Below are positions 62,880 to 64,000 of a DNA stretch of 64,000 nucleotides, piece by piece. The first letter of the stretch is position 1; each line of letters opens with the position of its first letter. The stretch covers positions 97,198-161,197 of the forward strand of contig JAZNXK010000011.1 in assembly GCA_045593845.1 (NCBI GenBank), in the 5' to 3' direction. Below the pieces are notes generated by a model that was given only the letters and a program-made list of their open reading frames with translations, ran no database searches and had not been told where the DNA came from. A program made the position numbers and the translations under genes. This stretch comes from Alphaproteobacteria bacterium (GTDB taxonomy: Bacteria > Pseudomonadota > Alphaproteobacteria > RF32 > CAG-239).

Positions 62880-64000
62880 TTATTCTTTGTTTTTAGATAC
62901 TTTAGCTTCGTATTCATTGCCGAAGAAACGCAAGGTTGAAAGCACCGGATTTGGAGCTGTTTGTCCCAAACCGCAGAGCGATGCTTTTTGCATGGCATTG
63001 GCAATTTGACGCAATGTATTTATGTCTTCTTTTGTGGCATTGCCTTTGCTGATTTTTTCCAACAACATCAGCATTTGTTTACCGCCGATACGGCATGGAG
63101 CGCATTTGCCGCAAGATTCATCAACCGTAAAATCTAGATAGAATTTTGCCAAGTCGACCATATCGGAACTTTCATCAATAACAATCATACCGCCGGAGCC
63201 CATGATAGAGCCAACTTTTTTGAGTTCTTCATAGCAAAGGGGCATATCAATATAGTCTGTCGGAATAACACCGCCGGACGGACCGCCGGTTTGAACAGCT
63301 TTTAGTTTTTTGCCGTTTGGAACACCGCCGCCGATTTCGTTGACGATTTCGTTGATGGTGGTGCCCATTGGGACTTCGATAAGTCCGGAATGTTCAACTT
63401 GTCCGGTGAGTGCAAAAACTTTTGTACCTTTTGAAGTTGCCGTGCCGAAAGAAGAAAACCAATCTGCGCCTTTTAAGATAATCGGAGCAACGTTGGCCAA
63501 AGTTTCAACATTGTTAATGCAGCTGGGTTTATCCCACAAACCTTTATCTGTCGGATATGGCGGACGCGGGCGAGGAGTACCTCTTTTGCCTTCAATGGAG
63601 TGAATAAGAGCTGTTTCTTCACCGCAAACAAATGCGCCGGCACCAAGACGAATATCAATGTTAAAATTGAAATTTGTTCCCATGATGTTGTTGCCGAGCA
63701 AACGGTTCTTTTTGCAGGCTTTGATTGCTTTTTCAATGCGTTCAACTGCCAAAGGATATTCTGCTCTAATATAAAACCAGCCTTCGGTTGCTCCGATGGC
63801 ATAAGCGGCAATCATCATACCTTCGATAACACCGTGCGGGTTGGATTCCAAAATACTGCGGTCCATATAAGCACCCGGGTCGCCTTCATCACCATTACAA
63901 ATGATAAATTTAGAATCTTCGGCTTTTACTCTGGAAGCAAAATCCCATTTGTTACCGGTCGGAAAACCTGCACCACCGCGGCCGCGAAGTCCGGATTTTT
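62880..64000 (-). CDS. hydB: NuoF-like NADH-binding flavoprotein subunit of the hydrogenase (HydB/HndC-like); 5' end lies beyond the window
   Basis: GGAGFPTG... and SCGKCAPCR motifs. The reading frame stays open past the listed Met to position 64000. Confidence 0.8.
   Translation of the reverse strand, partial: KSGLRGRGGAGFPTGNKWDFASRVKAEDSKFIICNGDEGDPGAYMDRSILESNPHGVIEGMMIAAYAIGATEGWFYIRAEYPLAVERIEKAIKACKKNRLLGNNIMGTNFNFNIDIRLGAGAFVCGEETALIHSIEGKRGTPRPRPPYPTDKGLWDKPSCINNVETLANVAPIILKGADWFSSFGTATSKGTKVFALTGQVEHSGLIEVPMGTTINEIVNEIGGGVPNGKKLKAVQTGGPSGGVIPTDYIDMPLCYEELKKVGSIMGSGGMIVIDESSDMVDLAKFYLDFTVDESCGKCAPCRIGGKQMLMLLEKISKGNATKEDINTLRQIANAMQKASLCGLGQTAPNPVLSTLRFFGNEYEAKVSKNKE

Overview
The window is a 64-kb chromosomal segment, roughly 38% GC by eye, from a Gram-negative bacterium with alphaproteobacterial-type ribosomal proteins. 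L2 and L3 align closely to Rickettsiales and Rhizobiales sequences from memory. Coding density is high and dominated by housekeeping genes. The start of the window holds rplY-pth-ychF. Next is an S10-spc ribosomal-protein supercluster (rpsJ to rplO, 6.85-16.2 kb) that ends at a terminator straight after rplO, with no secY. After it come uvrB, lgt, queA, kdsB, pgk-gap, argS, ftsEX, plsC, smpB, a bactofilin + EnvC-like M23 peptidase + FtsB block, tadA, rsmD, eno, dtd, an orphan rplQ, rpmB, rsmB, leuS-lptE-holA, nagAB and bcp. At the 3' end is an [FeFe]-hydrogenase operon (hydA plus a NuoF-like hydB that runs past the window edge). Three tRNAs are present: Val-GAC, Gly-GCC and Arg-CCG. No rRNA, CRISPR array, integrase or transposase was seen. 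The accessory content sits in three places. (1) A 4-kb islet bounded by tRNA-Gly and tRNA-Arg, each with att-like direct repeats of its own 3' end. The islet carries a 512-aa protein built from a ~35-aa tandem repeat, a smaller member of the same repeat family sits at 327-749, and a tightly packed four-gene operon of uncharacterised small proteins abuts tRNA-Arg. (2) A tandem pair of strongly diverged paralogous genes whose upstream regions are near-identical and include a copied 3' fragment of bcp. (3) A ~190-nt highly structured RNA leader with its own sigma70-like promoter, alternative pairings and an intrinsic terminator, immediately upstream of a lipoprotein gene. Other oddities are Lys/Ala-rich C-terminal tails on L17 and L28, an orphan 457-aa ORF between kdsB and pgk, a degenerate-GGDEF membrane protein, and a perfect-consensus promoter overlapped by a TTGACAAA palindrome. 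All functional calls are from reading motifs and remembered homology; no database search was run.
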